A DNA stretch of 61,231 bases, filler included, from Dugesia japonica (Eukaryota), in the NCBI GenBank assembly GCA_001938525.1. It is 5 parts of 5 records of this genome, joined end to end, with 100 filler letters (N's around TTAATTAATTAA, not from the genome) between each part and the next. Parts side by side here need not be neighbours in the genome. Positions count along the whole stretch, not along the records: positions 1 to 23,484 come from MQRL01645522.1; 4 more parts are not named here. The stretch is one strand, 5' to 3'. Under the pieces are notes generated by a model. It saw only the letters and a list, made by a program, of their open reading frames with translations. It searched no databases and was not told the DNA's origin. Positions 1 to 13,787 of the stretch are shown here, in pieces; position 1 is the stretch's first letter, and each line of letters starts with the position of its first letter. The position numbers and the translations under genes are program-made.

Positions 1-1
1 G

Positions 2-307
2 TGGAAGGTGGTTGACTGACACAGGTATTAATGCAGGACCGTCCTGCCACGTACTGGTTATATGATTAGTTACGGGATCTACGGTAGTAACACGATGCAT
101 TACTTCTTGGGTGCGATTGAGGCTGTTCCATTGGTAAAAAGCTTGGCGCTCCGCCGCAGCCTATTCTCTCTCATTGTCTGCCTCTTCATTAGACAAGTTT
201 GAGTAGTCAGCTAAGATGCCCGCATTACGGTTATAAGAATTAGTGTATTTCTTAAAAATGGTACGTCCCGAGCGTCTGTCCCATAATACTTCTCACTTGT
301 TTTCCAT
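2..307 (-). pseudogene. Family A orphan ORF, homolog of 56619-56972; two in-frame stops, truncated by window edge
   Basis: Manual translation MENK*EVLWDRRSGRTIFKKYTNSYNRNAGILADYSNL aligns ungapped with MESIWEKVIDRRTHRIIFQRHHNPHNQDVGILADRLNL (18/38 identical). Confidence 0.8.
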
Positions 308-491
308 CCTAATATTATTAGTTTCTACAATGATGATCAAATTTAACAAAGAAATATGGAATTCTGGTGAAAATCATCGATGATAAACTGATAAACCAAC
401 AAGAAATAAACCAAATATGATAAAATAAATGATGAATAACTAATTTTATTTAGACTAAAAGATGTCAGAGATTTCATTTTGCAAGGAGTTC

Positions 492-674
492 TTACCCTTC
501 ATCAAGATCCACCGGAAATAATAAGGGGAACATCTCCACGAAACAAGCCAAATCGGTTTCGTCGGGATGTTCTATTAGATTAGGAAACAACCGATGTTCG
601 ATAAGTTGTCTTCTCCGTGCTATTTGGCATTGTCTTAAAATGAAACGCAATGTGTTTCTTAATTCTGCCGGCAT
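492..674 (-). CDS. Small hypothetical protein (60 aa) within family A copy 1
   Basis: ATG-to-stop ORF, GC-richer than its flanks, same strand as the other cargo ORFs; no recognisable domain. Confidence 0.45.
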   Translation of the reverse strand: MPAELRNTLRFILRQCQIARRRQLIEHRLFPNLIEHPDETDLACFVEMFPLLFPVDLDEG

Positions 675-1346
675 GATTTACAATAAGGGAATTAAATAGG
701 AAAATTAGAAAGTTTTAGAAGGCGGTTATTAATATATTAACTTATTCATAATTCTAGCCACCTCAGGCCTAGGGAAATTGATATCAGCGTCACTATATTT
801 GTTTATTAGCATAAGACTATTGATAGTGATTTGTGCATGAATGACTCAGAAAAGATTCCGATAGTACATTTATTCGCTATCTAACTACCCCAACAAAAAT
901 ATACTTGATAATCGTATTATTATTTAACTATGGCATTAAGAATAAATTATCGACGAATTAACCCCGGTGGCGACACAGATATATCACGATTATATTGATA
1001 GGTGCTGTTGCCAATATTGATTAACTAATAAAAGTAGTAGTAACATCCCCTCCTAGGTTTACCAAGTGGTAAAAACATAATTTACTAGTTAAAATGTCTA
1101 ACCACCATGGATGACCCAGTTCCTAAAAACAGTTATCATTCAGCATCACATTCATAATAAAATTTGAACAAATTGATTATAGTAATTTAATGCATAATAA
1201 ACACACAATCAAACAATGATATGTTGATTATAAATCTACTTTCACCTTAGCCGAAACCCAGATGAATATTTGGAAAATATAAACATGACAACGGGATTCC
1301 AGAATCAATGCGGCGGTTCGGGTCACTTGCATCAATTCCACTCTTC

Positions 1347-1502
1347 TTAGATATCATATAGGCCAATTTCAAACGCATAGTGAACGTGAAAAGAAAAATG
1401 GTGAGAGAAGTCTTCATTATAAATTGATAGGTTCAACCGCAAAAAGTTACAAAGAGAGAAAATAGTCGGCTTACATCGCCATAATGAGGGGTGAGCGATC
1501 AT
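1347..1502 (-). CDS. Possible small ORF (51 aa, MIAHPSLWRCKPTIF...) within family A copy 1
   Basis: Manual translation; preceded by a TGTTAG acceptor-like site; below the ORF-track cutoff. Confidence 0.3.
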   Translation of the reverse strand: MIAHPSLWRCKPTIFSLCNFLRLNLSIYNEDFSHHFSFHVHYAFEIGLYDI

Positions 1503-3280
1503 GGTAGGCACGACCTAACATAGAGTAATTTTTTCTGAATAATCTTAGATTCCAACAATATATTCCAACGACAACCGAGTGAATTCAAGTGAAGCACTAA
1601 TATCATTTATTTAATAATCATAAAATTACTAGGTAACTTACAATCTATTCAGAACAGACTCATCTTTCGATTGGCGGTTGGAGTGTGTCTAATCTAATAG
1701 TAGTTACATGCCAACTGGAAAAAGAAAAATTTCATATATCGATTTGTAATTATCTCCGGTACTGCTCGTATTGATGAAGGCAACAGTTACAAGAAGAAAT
1801 TTCGTTAGAATAAATATCTATGTGTGCATGCATCGAGCGGCTTTGGTGAATCGTTATGGCGACAATGAATTGTTAGTTGCCTACTAGTCAATTTTTATTT
1901 CGGTCGTGCTTATACACACCACGAGCAGCCTCACTGTATAGAATCGTGTGTTGGTGTGTGGGGAGTCGAATTTAGATAGATGAGTTTAACCGGCTTAATA
2001 AATGATTGCTCGTGGGATCATTGTGGCTTTATTCAATCTGACATAATAAGTAAGCGAACATGTAACCAAGGGACTTCATGTCTCTCCGGGAAATTAGAAA
2101 TCATTTCTGGATCATAATTAACACTTATCATCACCAGTTGATATCTGTCAAAAACATCTAAAATAAAGTCAGTGGTTGCAGTGTGACACGCAATATTGTT
2201 TCATCGATCATGGTAGAAATGAAAATCATAATGACCGCGAGTAAAAACCCCATACTCAATTATAGAGACACGTATTTTTAAGTTAATGAAAATCAAAAAT
2301 AAAATAACTAAAATTCATCTATTAATATATTAAGTTTAAATTTCAACATATTCTTATTCATACATTAACCAAAATTACAACATCAGCTTACTTAATTTCA
2401 GATTTCTCTATGCTGCAACGGGAGTAATAGCAGAACGAATTTTGGTTTGAGAATGCTTCTTCTGGTGTTTTTGATTTTATTGATTTTCTTTTCTAAAATG
2501 CTCAATAATTTCTCTGAACAAATTTATAAAAATTAAACCACTGATAGTGTCGAGTTTTCTCGTTGATGATTCCACAGATTTCGTTATGGCACTCAAAGTT
2601 TATGGTTTGCTCTGAATTAATGGAGCGGTTTTGATTAGAAAATGAATGAATTAATGAATTTTTGCTAAGTTTTCCGGCGGTTTAAATAGCTTTCTGGATG
2701 CAACCCGATTTGATCATCAGTGGCCGGCTATTTTTAATTTCGATTTCTAGTTTTCCATTGGCGTAGAATTGGATTTCTGAGAATTTTTGCTATTTTTCTG
2801 TTACACCATTGGCGTCTATTTTTTACTCCTCATGTGGTTTTTGAGTCTTTGTTTTATTTTTATTTTTTGGGTTGTTATTGGCTCAATCTTCCAACCCCTG
2901 TGATAGTCCTTCTGATGGTAGTAAAGTTTTTCAATTACGAAATCACATTGACCAGATAACACTTCTTTCCAATTTTTCTTACCGCAAGATTCTGGGATTA
3001 ACCAGAGTAGNNNNNNNNNNNNNNNNNNNNNNNNNNNNNNNNNNNNNNNNNNNNNNNNNNNNNNNNNNNNNNNNNNNNTAATTAATTATTTTGAAATAAC
3101 AAATTTGTTTGTTTTTATAATATAAATTTGATTTTTCTTTAATTAACAAAGATTGGATTCAATTATTCTTCAGATGTTTCTATTTTTGGCTCTTTCAGTG
3201 TTATTTTCTTATTCCCATTTTCTGTCTTCTTTTTCCTTTTAGATAACTGGTTGTTTCACCCCAACACTTCTATCAATTGT

Positions 3281-3357
3281 TTTGTTTTTGATAATATTTC
3301 GAATTTTTGACTTAGGAATTAACTAAGGCAAAAATTCGAAATTTTATCAAAAACAAA
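3281..3357. repeat. Inverted repeat/hairpin (35-bp arms, 7-nt loop)
   Basis: TTTGTTTTTGATAATATTTCGAATTTTTGACTTAG vs reverse complement of CTAAGGCAAAAATTCGAAATTTTATCAAAAACAAA, 33/35 match. Confidence 0.85.
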
Positions 3358-4379
3358 AAAAAATGTGATCGAATCTTTTTAATGAATTCAAATTTTTTTT
3401 ACCTAAATGTAATTAAAAACATTGTGGAAAGGAAAAGTTTAAGATTAAAAAAGATTTTACTGTTTTTTCTGATTACTTCATGTCATTGTATTATGTATAA
3501 GACGTAATTAGATTGCAGTTTTTGCTTTGCTGTCAAAAACTAGAATTTTGCACTTAATGCATAGCTTTTCTTTTTATATAGTGTACTTTGTATTTAGATT
3601 CTACTGTGTAACTTAAATATTTTTAGGAATCATAGTTATCATGAAACAAGTAAATAATCTNCTAAATAATTAATTTTGTTTATATAATAATGATTATGAC
3701 AATTTCCTTTGACAAAATTTTGCAAACTACAACAATAACATTATATATTCATGCACATAACCAATACAATGCATCAACAAATAAACGTTTTCTAGACGAC
3801 TTTCACACTCTGCAGATTACCAATAGAAATAAATTCTAATTGTCGCGAATCGACGTTCCTTTAAGAGGGAATGTTTTTGGAATTGCATCCTAAAATCTTA
3901 TAATATTCATATTTTCTATACGAACCATCAACAATACTACAATTACTTAATTACGAAATGCTCTGTATTTTCATTAATGATTTTATTTAAATTTAATCAT
4001 TCGAAATTTTTCTAACATATTTTATCAAACATCATTTATTAGAATAAGTTGTGGTTAGTAATTTAATAAATTTTAACCAACATCATTTTTCTAATTTCAT
4101 CACATTAAAATAATACTTATGTATTAAATTTTCCCTATTTTTTTTGGGTAATTCAATGAAGTATTTATTCTAATTGGTAGGTTTCTAGGGGTGACCGTTT
4201 TTTTCTTTGTTCAATATTGATCATAACGGCAGCTCAATCTAGGGTAACCTGGCCTGGTGAAACCCCAAAAAAATTTTAATCTAATGTCCCTGTTCTAGAT
4301 TTTCGTAATGGAACCGGTGATTTGTAATCCGTTGTTCGAGTGCATACTTGCATTCCTTTTGTTTGGTTTCAAACCTCAA

Positions 4380-6673
4380 TAATTTTTGCTCTGGTTTGAC
4401 AGACAACTTTGTTACCCCATTGATCAGGATGACTGTTATTGTGTTGGGTATTTCTACTCAACAAAATATTTATGGTTTGTGAATTTGACTTAATATATAT
4501 CGATAGGTATAAAATTTTACAAATGTTGATTTTATCCCTTTGTATGTGTAGATACTATATTATGTAATCGATATTTTACTGAAAACTAATTATTTTCTCA
4601 ATTAAAAGTTTGGCTATTGTCTCTGCAGTTTCATCTTTTGTAGGGAACGCTTTTGCCCATGTTGTGAAATAGTCATTAAATAAAAATATGTGTTTATTAC
4701 ATTTTATGGTTGTTGGTAATTTGCATAGAAAATATACTGCACACGTCTCCATTGGTGAGCTTAGTATTGGCATTGGTTGTAATGAAACTTTAATTTTTGT
4801 TCCTGTTTTTTTACTTGTGGCACAAATGGTACATGGTTGACATCATTTTTTCACATCATCCTTAAAATTATCCCAATAATACTTTTGCAACAATCTCGAC
4901 GTGGTTTTTCTACTTGATAGGTGACCTTTGAGTGCTCCATCATGGTATTGTAATAGTAATAACTGTTTTAGAGAATGTGGTACTACCATCACATTTTTAC
5001 CTAAGTTATTGTGCATGAACAGATTTTTATACATTTTATATTTAGTATTCTTTTCTTGAATCATTATCTCCTGTATTTTTTATCTTTATTTTGTTCGCCT
5101 AAGAACGTTTTTGGATTATTCATATACTGTGATACGACGGGCTCAAGTGTTACATCTATTGAGATATTGTTTTGTTTAAATACATCAAATAGAAAGGTTA
5201 GTACCCTTTTATTTTCGGTTGTATTATGTATAAAAAATGTGGGTTTAATAAAGAGATTCCAATCATTTTTGTTTTTATTTGTCCATAAACCCGTTAATGG
5301 TTTATGATCTGTTCGTATAACTATTTCAGTCCCATATATAAATAGTCTTAATTGTTTTAAANCAAATATAATAGCTAGAAATTCTTTCTCGATTGTTGAG
5401 TATCTTGTTTCCGTTCCTTTTAATATTCTACTCGTATATGCAATAACAACATCTTTATTTTTCTCGTCTTCTTGTTCTAGTACTGCCTGCATGGCATATC
5501 CGCTTGCATCTGTCATTACTATGAACTTTTTTGTGAAATCAGGATATCTCAATATTGAAGCTGTTAACAATCGCTGCTTTAGTGTATCAAAAGCTTCTTG
5601 TTGTTTTGGACCTAATTTCTTTTGAGGTTTCTGTGATTTCTCATCTAATTGTTCTACAATTATGACATTTTTACTTTCGGCTTGTGTTTTCATACATTTT
5701 GTTAATTCTACCAATGGTGCAGCTATTAATGCAAAGCTTTCTATAAATCTTCGATAATATCCAATTAGGCCGTCAAACCCTTGTAATTGTACACTTTTTG
5801 ATACTGAAAANTCTTGAACTGCTTTTACCTTTTCTGGATTTGGTTCTAATCCCATTGAAGATACAATATGTCCTAAGTACAAGACACTTTCCTCTGCCCA
5901 TTTACATTTTGTATGTTTCAATTTGATATTCGTTTTTTGATTCTCGATAATACATTTTCTATATTAACCAAATGTTGCTCAAATGATTCAGATGCTATCA
6001 ATATATCGTCCATGTATAGAAATACATGTTCTACACCAGAAAATACTGTGTTCATTAGTCNTGAGAAAGTAGCTGGTGCATTACATAACCCAAATGGTAA
6101 TCTAACAAATTTATACAATCCATCATCAGTGCAAAAATGCTGTCTTTTCTCGATCTTTCTTTTGTACTGAAATCACATTATAACCCTTATTTGCATCTAA
6201 AATTACAAAATACCATGCATTCATTAGCTTGTTGAATTGTTCATATATTTTTGGAAACGGATGTGTATCTTTTTTAGTAACTTTGTCGAGCTTTCTGTAA
6301 TCTGAACACATTCAAATTTCTTCATCTTTCCTTTTTACTGGTACTATTGGCCATGCCCATTGAAAAATACTATCTTGTATGATTCTATTTGCTTTCTGTT
6401 CTTGTATTTGTCTTTTTATCTCTGATCTTAACGCATATGGTGCTACATACGGTCATTGCTTTATTAGCCTCACATTACCTGTATCAATCATATGTTTTAT
6501 AATGTTTGTTCCTCCCATATCGAATTCATGTTTAGCAAATGCATCTTCATATTTATCCAATAATTTTAGTAGTTGTTGTTTTTGACACTTTGTATGGTCT
6601 TATAATGTTTGTTCCTCCCATATCGAATTCATGTTTAGCAAATGCATCTTCATATTTATCCAATAATTTTAGT
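4380..6673 (-). mobile_element. Degenerate Ty3/Gypsy pol (RT-RNase H-integrase), frameshifted
   Basis: RT motifs DYRKL, LDANKGY, LPFGLCNAPATF, YMDDILI, YLGHIVS. RNase H TDAS, YSTIEKE, TDHKPL. Integrase HDGALKGH..YYW and DYFTTWAKAFP. Gypsy domain order. Confidence 0.95.
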
Positions 6674-7314
6674 ANNNNNNNNNNNNNNNNNNNNNNNNNN
6701 NNNNNNNNNNNNNNNNNNNNNNNNNNNNNNNNNNNNNNNNNNNNNNNNNNNNNNNNNNNNNNNNNNNNTTAGCTTTCCAATTTCTCTTTGGTGATCTGCT
6801 ATAACTTCAAGTAGCTCATGAACACTTAATTGACTTGCCAATGTTTCAATTTTTTCCGCTGTCAATATGTTATGAGAGTAGACAGATAGTTCAGCATGGC
6901 CTCACGATACTCCCACTTCCTGGATAGAAAAAGTTTTGGAGCTTCAGTTTGATTGGTCAAATTTAAGCTGTATGATTACGCAAATTAGTGACATTAATAC
7001 TGAAATTTGATTGGTCCAAATTGTGTGTATGTTGGTTACGTAAAGATTACATTATAATTATGTAAAAATGGCGTAATGGTTATGCAATGATCGCATAATC
7101 ATAACATAACAATTATTCTTGTTTAAATGAAGTGAAATTATTGATTTTTTTTGTTTAACGAAATTAGTTATTTTTTGTTTGATATAATCGAAATGAATGA
7201 TTATTTGTTTTAATTTAATAAAACTAATAATTTTTGAGCTTCTTCACGGAAAAGTTATTTAAAAATTTATGTTAGTTTAAATTAAGCAAAATTTATCGAA
7301 TGTGATTTACTCTC

Positions 7315-7580
7315 CGACAATATTAATATAAAATCTTCCCCTGGGCAATAGTAATGTTAATGTTAACATGATCATAATATTGGCCAGTAGATATTAACAT
7401 TGATCTCGTCCATGAGATGTTAACATTGCCATTAATATTATCATTAATATTGCCTGGTGGATGTTTACGTCAATATTTACTTAGCTGGGAGATATTAACA
7501 TTAACATTAATAGTAATATTGCCGGGGATGTTAACATTAACATTAATATTAATATTGCCCGGGGAACAACTAATATCATA
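7315..7580. repeat. Low-complexity array of palindromic GTTAAC/TTAATATTAA units
   Basis: Repeated TGTTAACATTAA(C/T)ATTAATATTGCC. Confidence 0.7.
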
Positions 7581-7699
7581 GTAAAAGTAACTCTTTTTGT
7601 GAATATAATTTTAAGGGTTTTCTCTGGTTTTATAAAGGTTTTCTCGATAAAGAATTGTCTACGTTTTTAAAGAATTATACATAATTTTTATGGTTAATG

Positions 7700-9980
7700 T
7701 AAACTTTACATTCAATCATATATATTTCGAAGCCAATACAAAAAAGCTATAATCCCTCACATTAAAATTGCATTTAATCACACACAAAAGGTCTTAGTTA
7801 ACTCATGAAAATTTCTAAGTCAACACATAAAGGTATAATCCATCGGATAAAATTAAAATCCATCACACAAAATATTTACTCAACTCATGAAAATTAAAAC
7901 TCAACACATGACAATCACATAGAAGCCATTAAAAATTTTCATAAATTAAATATAAGTAATCAGTAACTTTCAAAATTATCAAAACATTACACAGATGTCA
8001 ATAAAACCTTTAAAGTTTTACTAGAAGTCAATTGAAGTCTTCAAAAATTACATAGAAGTCATTAAAACTATCATTCATCATACCAAAATTGCATTCCATC
8101 AAACAAAAATTAACACTCAACATGCAATAACTTTAAGCCAACGCACAAAAATTACATTTTATCACATACAATTATAATCCATTATGTTAAAATTAAAAAG
8201 AAGTCATGAGAAATTATCATAAACTATAAAGAAGTTAATAAATTTTCTAAGTCAAAACAAAAATTCTAAATAATCAGATAAATTAATAATCAATCACACT
8301 TAACTATAGTTCATCACATTGAAAGTTTTAAGTTATTACTTTAAAATTATAATCCAGACACTAAATTAATTTTGTCACATAAAATTTCTTAGTCAACACA
8401 TAAAACCTTCAACCAACAAGTTAAACTTATAATCTGTCACACTAGAATGTAGTTCATTACATTGAAATTTCTAAGTCAACGCTTTAAAATTTCGATCCAT
8501 CTCAAAAAGTCTAATTAAAAAAGTCTAAAAAATTAACACTCAACAAGTAAAACTCTTAGTTTTAACATTAATATAGGTCTGAGGACATTAATGTCAATAT
8601 TGTCCGGGGAGCTTTTAAAACATAGAGAAATAAGTCTTTGTGTATATAATTTTCAAGATTACTATGATTTTATAAGTGTTTTTTAGAGTTAACGTAAAAC
8701 TTACAAACATTTACATAAATTTCTAAACCAAGACATAAAAATTATAAGACAACATGTAAAATGTCTATGTCAACGCATAGAAAACTATACTGCATCACAT
8801 TAAAAGGGCATTCAATCACAAAGAATTTCTTAGTCAACACATAAAATTATAATTCATCACATAAAAGTATAATCTATCACACTAGAATTACAATCTATCA
8901 TTCAAAATTGTAACACATTTTATTAAAATTATAATCAATCACACAAAAGTTTCATTCCATTATACAAAATTTAACTCAACTCACGAAATTAAAGTTCAAC
9001 ACAGAATTGTATAGACGTCATAAATAATTTTCAAATATTCTAAAGAATTTATTGAAATTATCATATATTACATAAAAGTAATCAAAGTCTTTCAAAATTA
9101 CGTAGACGTCATTAAAAAGTCTCAAAAATACATAAGTTAATAAAGATTTACTAGAAGTCAATTAATGTTTTCAAACATTACATAGAAGTAAAAAAAATTA
9201 AGTTCATAACACTAAATTACATTCCATCATACAAAGAATTATAACGCAACATATAAAAACTCTAAGTCAACATATAAAACATAATACATACCACTAAAAT
9301 TAAATTCAATCACATTAAATCTGTAATTCATTACATAAAAGTTATATTTCATTACACAAAATTCTAAGCCAACACATAAAATGTCTAAGTCAGCATATAA
9401 TGTCTAGTTTGCTACAAAAACATTCTTAGTCAACACATAATAATTCTAACCAACAGGTTAAACTTATAATTTGTCACACTAAAAATATAGTTCATCACAT
9501 TGAAATTTTTAAGTCAATGCTTTAAATTTTAATCCATTTCACAAAAGCCTAATATAGCCCATACAAATGAACACTAAACAAGTAAAACGCATAAAATATC
9601 TAAGTCAACACATAAAAGTTATAATCTATAACACTAAAATTACATTCTATATCACAAAATTTCATTCAATCACAGTCAAATTCTAAGTGGACACATTAAA
9701 TTTCTAAATCAGTACATAAAAATTATAATTCATCATGCTAAAGTTATATAGAAGTCATTAAAATTACATTTCATCACACAAAATTCTAAAACAACACAAT
9801 AAATTTCTAAGTCAACATGTAAAATATACGATTCATAATTGAAAATAAACACTTAAACATAGAAAATAATCCATTTGTCATGAGAAATTATAGTTTCAAC
9901 ACAAAACATAGGCACTTTATCATAGAAAATTAGAGACAACTACATAGAAAGTATATAATTCGTCATTTAAAATACAACTT
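7700..9980. repeat. Degenerate CA-rich minisatellite (TTCTAAGTCAACACATAAAA / TTATAATCCATCACAC subunits)
   Basis: Dozens of ~20-bp variant units, with larger internal duplications (e.g. 8385-8560 vs 9423-9590). Confidence 0.85.
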
Positions 9981-11399
9981 TCACCATAAACCTTAAAATT
10001 CATAAGATTTTAAGAAAAGAATTTATATATTTCAATTTAATAAGAATCAAATTTTACCAGCATAAAATTCATAGGAATCAAAATTATAAAGTTTAAAATT
10101 AATAAAAATTAAAATTTATCAGTTTGAAATTAATATGAAACAAATTAAACAGTTTAAAATTAATATAGATTAAAATTAAAATTGATCATTTAGAATTAAT
10201 GTTTTTTAAAATTGATTTTTGTTAAATTAAATTAATTAGTTTATTAAAATATATTAAACAATTATTTATTATTAAATAATTTTGTTTAAACATATTAATT
10301 AAATATGGCCTGAATGGAATAATTTCATATTATTTCGATATTTAACAATATCAAGTAATGTTTTCTTTAATTTGCTATATTATTAATTGTATTTTAGATT
10401 ATTTAGGAAAACGTGAAATTGTGAAATATATAATATGAAAATTTATTGTTATCAATGTTATAAAAAATTTGATCAATTATGTAAATAAGTACGGATTTAT
10501 TTATATTTAAATTAAACGGTAATGATTGTTTTAAATTTTAATAATTTTCGTAATGATTTTATTTAAATTTAACAATTTTTAAAATTAATAATTTCTTTTC
10601 AGTTAATAAATTCATTTTCAGATGATAATTGTATGCGTTATTAAATCTTTATAATATGATTAAAGTTATTAGAGATATGGTAAATTATTACGAATTTTTA
10701 CCATTATGAATTTTGATAATAAGTAAGGATTTATTCTATTAAAATTAAATGGTAATAATTTTATTTAAATGGTAATGTTTTTCTTACATAATTTAACTTA
10801 ATGAAGTTTTATTAATGCTTTTCCTTAATGATAATAAGTAATGATTTCTTGTAATGATATAATTTAAAGATTTATTTAATAACAGTTTACTTTGAATTCT
10901 TTACCATTTTGTGGATCTGAGTCTGGCCAAATATTGGCGTTGACGACTAACTGTTTATATCTTATATAGGTTAAACAGTTGTAGCAATGTATATTTAAGA
11001 CCGGACGTGAACGGTTGGAAGCATTGCTGCCAGAGATACACATACTGTAATCGAGCTTAGTCTAGTTAAAACTACACAAGCTGATCGATAAGTTCAATTA
11101 TGAATGGACTCGATTGGATGCAAACGAACCTTGATAGATTTTCTCTGTCGGACTGTATATATCGGAGGAGGTAATGTAATGGTATAGAATTCAATCAAAA
11201 CTGTTATTGAAACAATGTATGAAAATAATTTTTAATGATATTATTGATAATAATTTTACTTAGAATGCAAATAATATACTGATTTCGTTAATTATACTAA
11301 GACGAAGAATAATTTTACTTAAAAAACATATTTAGAATGATTTTCCATGATATATTAATAGTTTATTTGGATGAGAAGCTATTGAAACTGTGCACATTA

Positions 11400-11600
11400 A
11401 ATGTCAGGAGCAAATAAATAGTTTGTTCAGGAATGATCTAATGTTGGAGCACATAATAGTACGTGTCAGGTAGCATCTATTGTCGGAGCATCTAATAGTA
11501 TGAAACAGGAGCATCTATGTTCGGAGCATCAAATAGTATGAGTCATGGAGCATCCAGTATTATGAGCTCTGGAGCAACTAATAGTATTAGCCATTAAACA
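11400..11600. repeat. Short tandem repeat GGAGCATCTAATAGTATG
   Basis: About 7-8 variant copies of GGAGCA..AATAGT. Confidence 0.7.
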
Positions 11601-12991
11601 ACTAACAGTATTGTTGGGCTGAAACAACCTTTCGTAAAATATGAAAGTTATAGAAGGAAATAAATTAAAGAGTAATAAGAAAATGAATAAAAATAAATAA
11701 ATAAATAATGAGAAATAAAAGAAATATAGAACATCTATGAGCACATAATCCGCTACAGAATTAACAAAAATAAAAATAATCACGTCCATATTTGGACATC
11801 TATATGGAAGCTACGGGTGAGCAAAGTACGATTTCTTGCATTAGCAGAAATCTGAGGTGGACGCCAACTGTATCTGTCAAAATTTGACAATAAAGTGAGA
11901 TATAAAAGGAAATCAAAATCATTAGAATAACACTCTTAAAAATTTCCATTAAACGCCATTAACTGTTTAATTAAATCAGAACAACTATCGGGAAAAGAAT
12001 TAAGGATTCCTTCTATTTTTATGTTATCGTATTTTAAATTGTTAAATGTTTTTTATTTTTTTGGAAGACACTGAAGGAGGGATCGTTGGGGGTTAGCTCT
12101 GCTATCTCTGAGGATCCATCTTATCAGCTACTTCCTCGCGAGATCTTCCACTCATAAATAACAAATTGACAATGTGTTGCAAGAAAGCAACGTGTCGCGA
12201 AATGATAAATATTAGCGTAGGGTAACAAGGAAGAAATGACAATTTCCTGTCTTGATAAATAAAAGAGCTGAGATGTTATACTATGATGATTAGAACGAAA
12301 AATTATTACTAGATAATAAACGGCGAATTGATTGTAGTGATAGAATGAGACACTCGTCGTTCACAACTTATTTTTCTATTAAACGCGAGTAACCTGATGT
12401 GGGAGGTGGGTGGTTGGATCTTTCTCCTTATTATATGACCATTAAACTGAAATAAACGATAGTTCATTGTATGTAAAAATATCAAACTTTAAACTATGTG
12501 TTTATTATAAATTAATTTCATATTGTATAATAAACATTTATTTGGATTACTGTTAATTGATTAATATTAATATCTTAGCTATAATTTCAGTATTTAAACT
12601 TTAAAGTTTTTTTAGATACGAAAATACACTTTGTGATATTACAATAGTGATGCTCTAAGAGATAGAAGGACCATTCATCATCCGGAGGGAATTGGATTCC
12701 TGATAATTCTCGATTGATTACAATACGGTCACCATGAAATATTATGTATAGTGATGTGGATAATCAGGTCTGAAATAGAAAGGGAGTATTCAATGAACTT
12801 CATAAAAGACTTCCATCTCCATCCAAGAGGATGAGTGGTCGATGATATATCAAGAGTAGTATGGATAAACGAAACGAGATTTATCGGTTAACATTCCTTT
12901 AATTAATAATATATACTGTTCTTTGAGTTGATTTACGATTTTTCAGTAGCCACATATTATTAACTTAATAATATTATTACTTCGAACATAA

Positions 12992-13501
12992 ATGACCCAT
13001 CAATTCGTGAGAGCAGAAGCCATCGCCAGTTTAAGTGAAGCAAGACTCAGTTTCAACAGCGGTTCAAACAGTAGCATGTCTCACGTTTGGGATTCCAAAG
13101 GGCTGGAAGATACCAATACCGAGCCCTGGTGAATGATACAAGATAAAATAAATCATAAGGAGGATTGCATCAAAAGGCTGGAGGAGAAAATGGCTAGTCA
13201 GGAACAACAACATTTCGAGAAATTGAAGCGATTAGAGGGAAAAATCAGGGAACAAGAGCAACAGTATGAGCATCAATTAACCAAAGCTATCATGAATCAG
13301 GAGGAAAGAGAAAAAGAGCTGGTCGCTCTGCTTATCAAATCCCCCGAGTTGGCCAAACAATAGCAGCAGGTCATTCAGTCCATGCGATCAACGCAAATCA
13401 AGGCGGACGAATACACAAAGATATCTGAGGGACTGTTGACAAGAACCGAAACAATCCTGCGACAGATTTTGATACAGTTGGACGAAACAAGTGACCTTTA
13501 A
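12992..13501 (+). pseudogene. Coiled-coil orphan ORF (~169 aa, two in-frame stops), family A copy 2
   Basis: Track ORF 13133-13363 extends in frame both ways: MTHQFVRAEAIASL...PW*MIQDK...LAKQ*QQVIQSMR...DETSDL*. Heptad-like E/K/Q/L composition. Confidence 0.65.
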
Positions 13502-13787
13502 ACGACATAATGTGAAATGTGTTAAATATAATAAAATTCTATTCTAATCACATCCTTCATAATTAATATTATTAAAGATTTAATACAATATAAAGATTTA
13601 AAGATAAAATGATTAAATGTTGATAAGTAAATACTCAATGATAATATAAAGAGATAAAATGTGCAATAATTTAACTCTATCATTATAATAAAAATTAATT
13701 AATTATTACGAATTTATGTAATAAAATTGTTATACCGATAAAATCGAACTATTTTATGATGAATGATTAGTCTATTTAAATTATAGA

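Larger units (their letters stand above)
1..3266 (-). mobile_element. Family A LTR-like element, long form with small cargo ORFs (copy 1, runs off window start)
   Basis: Minus strand begins TGTTGGGGTGAAACAACC at 3266. CCAAT boxes at 2757-2882 and a TATA-like motif near 2685. Shares CTGCAACGGG (2413 vs 57694), GAGTGTGTCTA (1681 vs 57221) and ATTGG..CAATCTT..CCCTG blocks with 55639-58687. Confidence 0.7.

Noticed and set aside
2-307. TGA aligned with Trp suggesting an alternative genetic code
   Set aside because: The 1220-codon EPRS frame reads cleanly in the standard code with TGG for Trp; a TGG>TGA decay mutation explains it.
6601-6673. Exact duplicate of 6497-6570 in the Gypsy element
   Set aside because: Abuts an N gap; most likely a contig-end overlap artefact.
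11100-11400. Tc1-like GGGNVMV fragment
   Set aside because: Single short motif with no supporting frame.
12650-12850. Possible third homolog of the DRR..GILAD orphan ORF (DRRTIHHPEGIG)
   Set aside because: Only a 4-residue match, with stops; insufficient.
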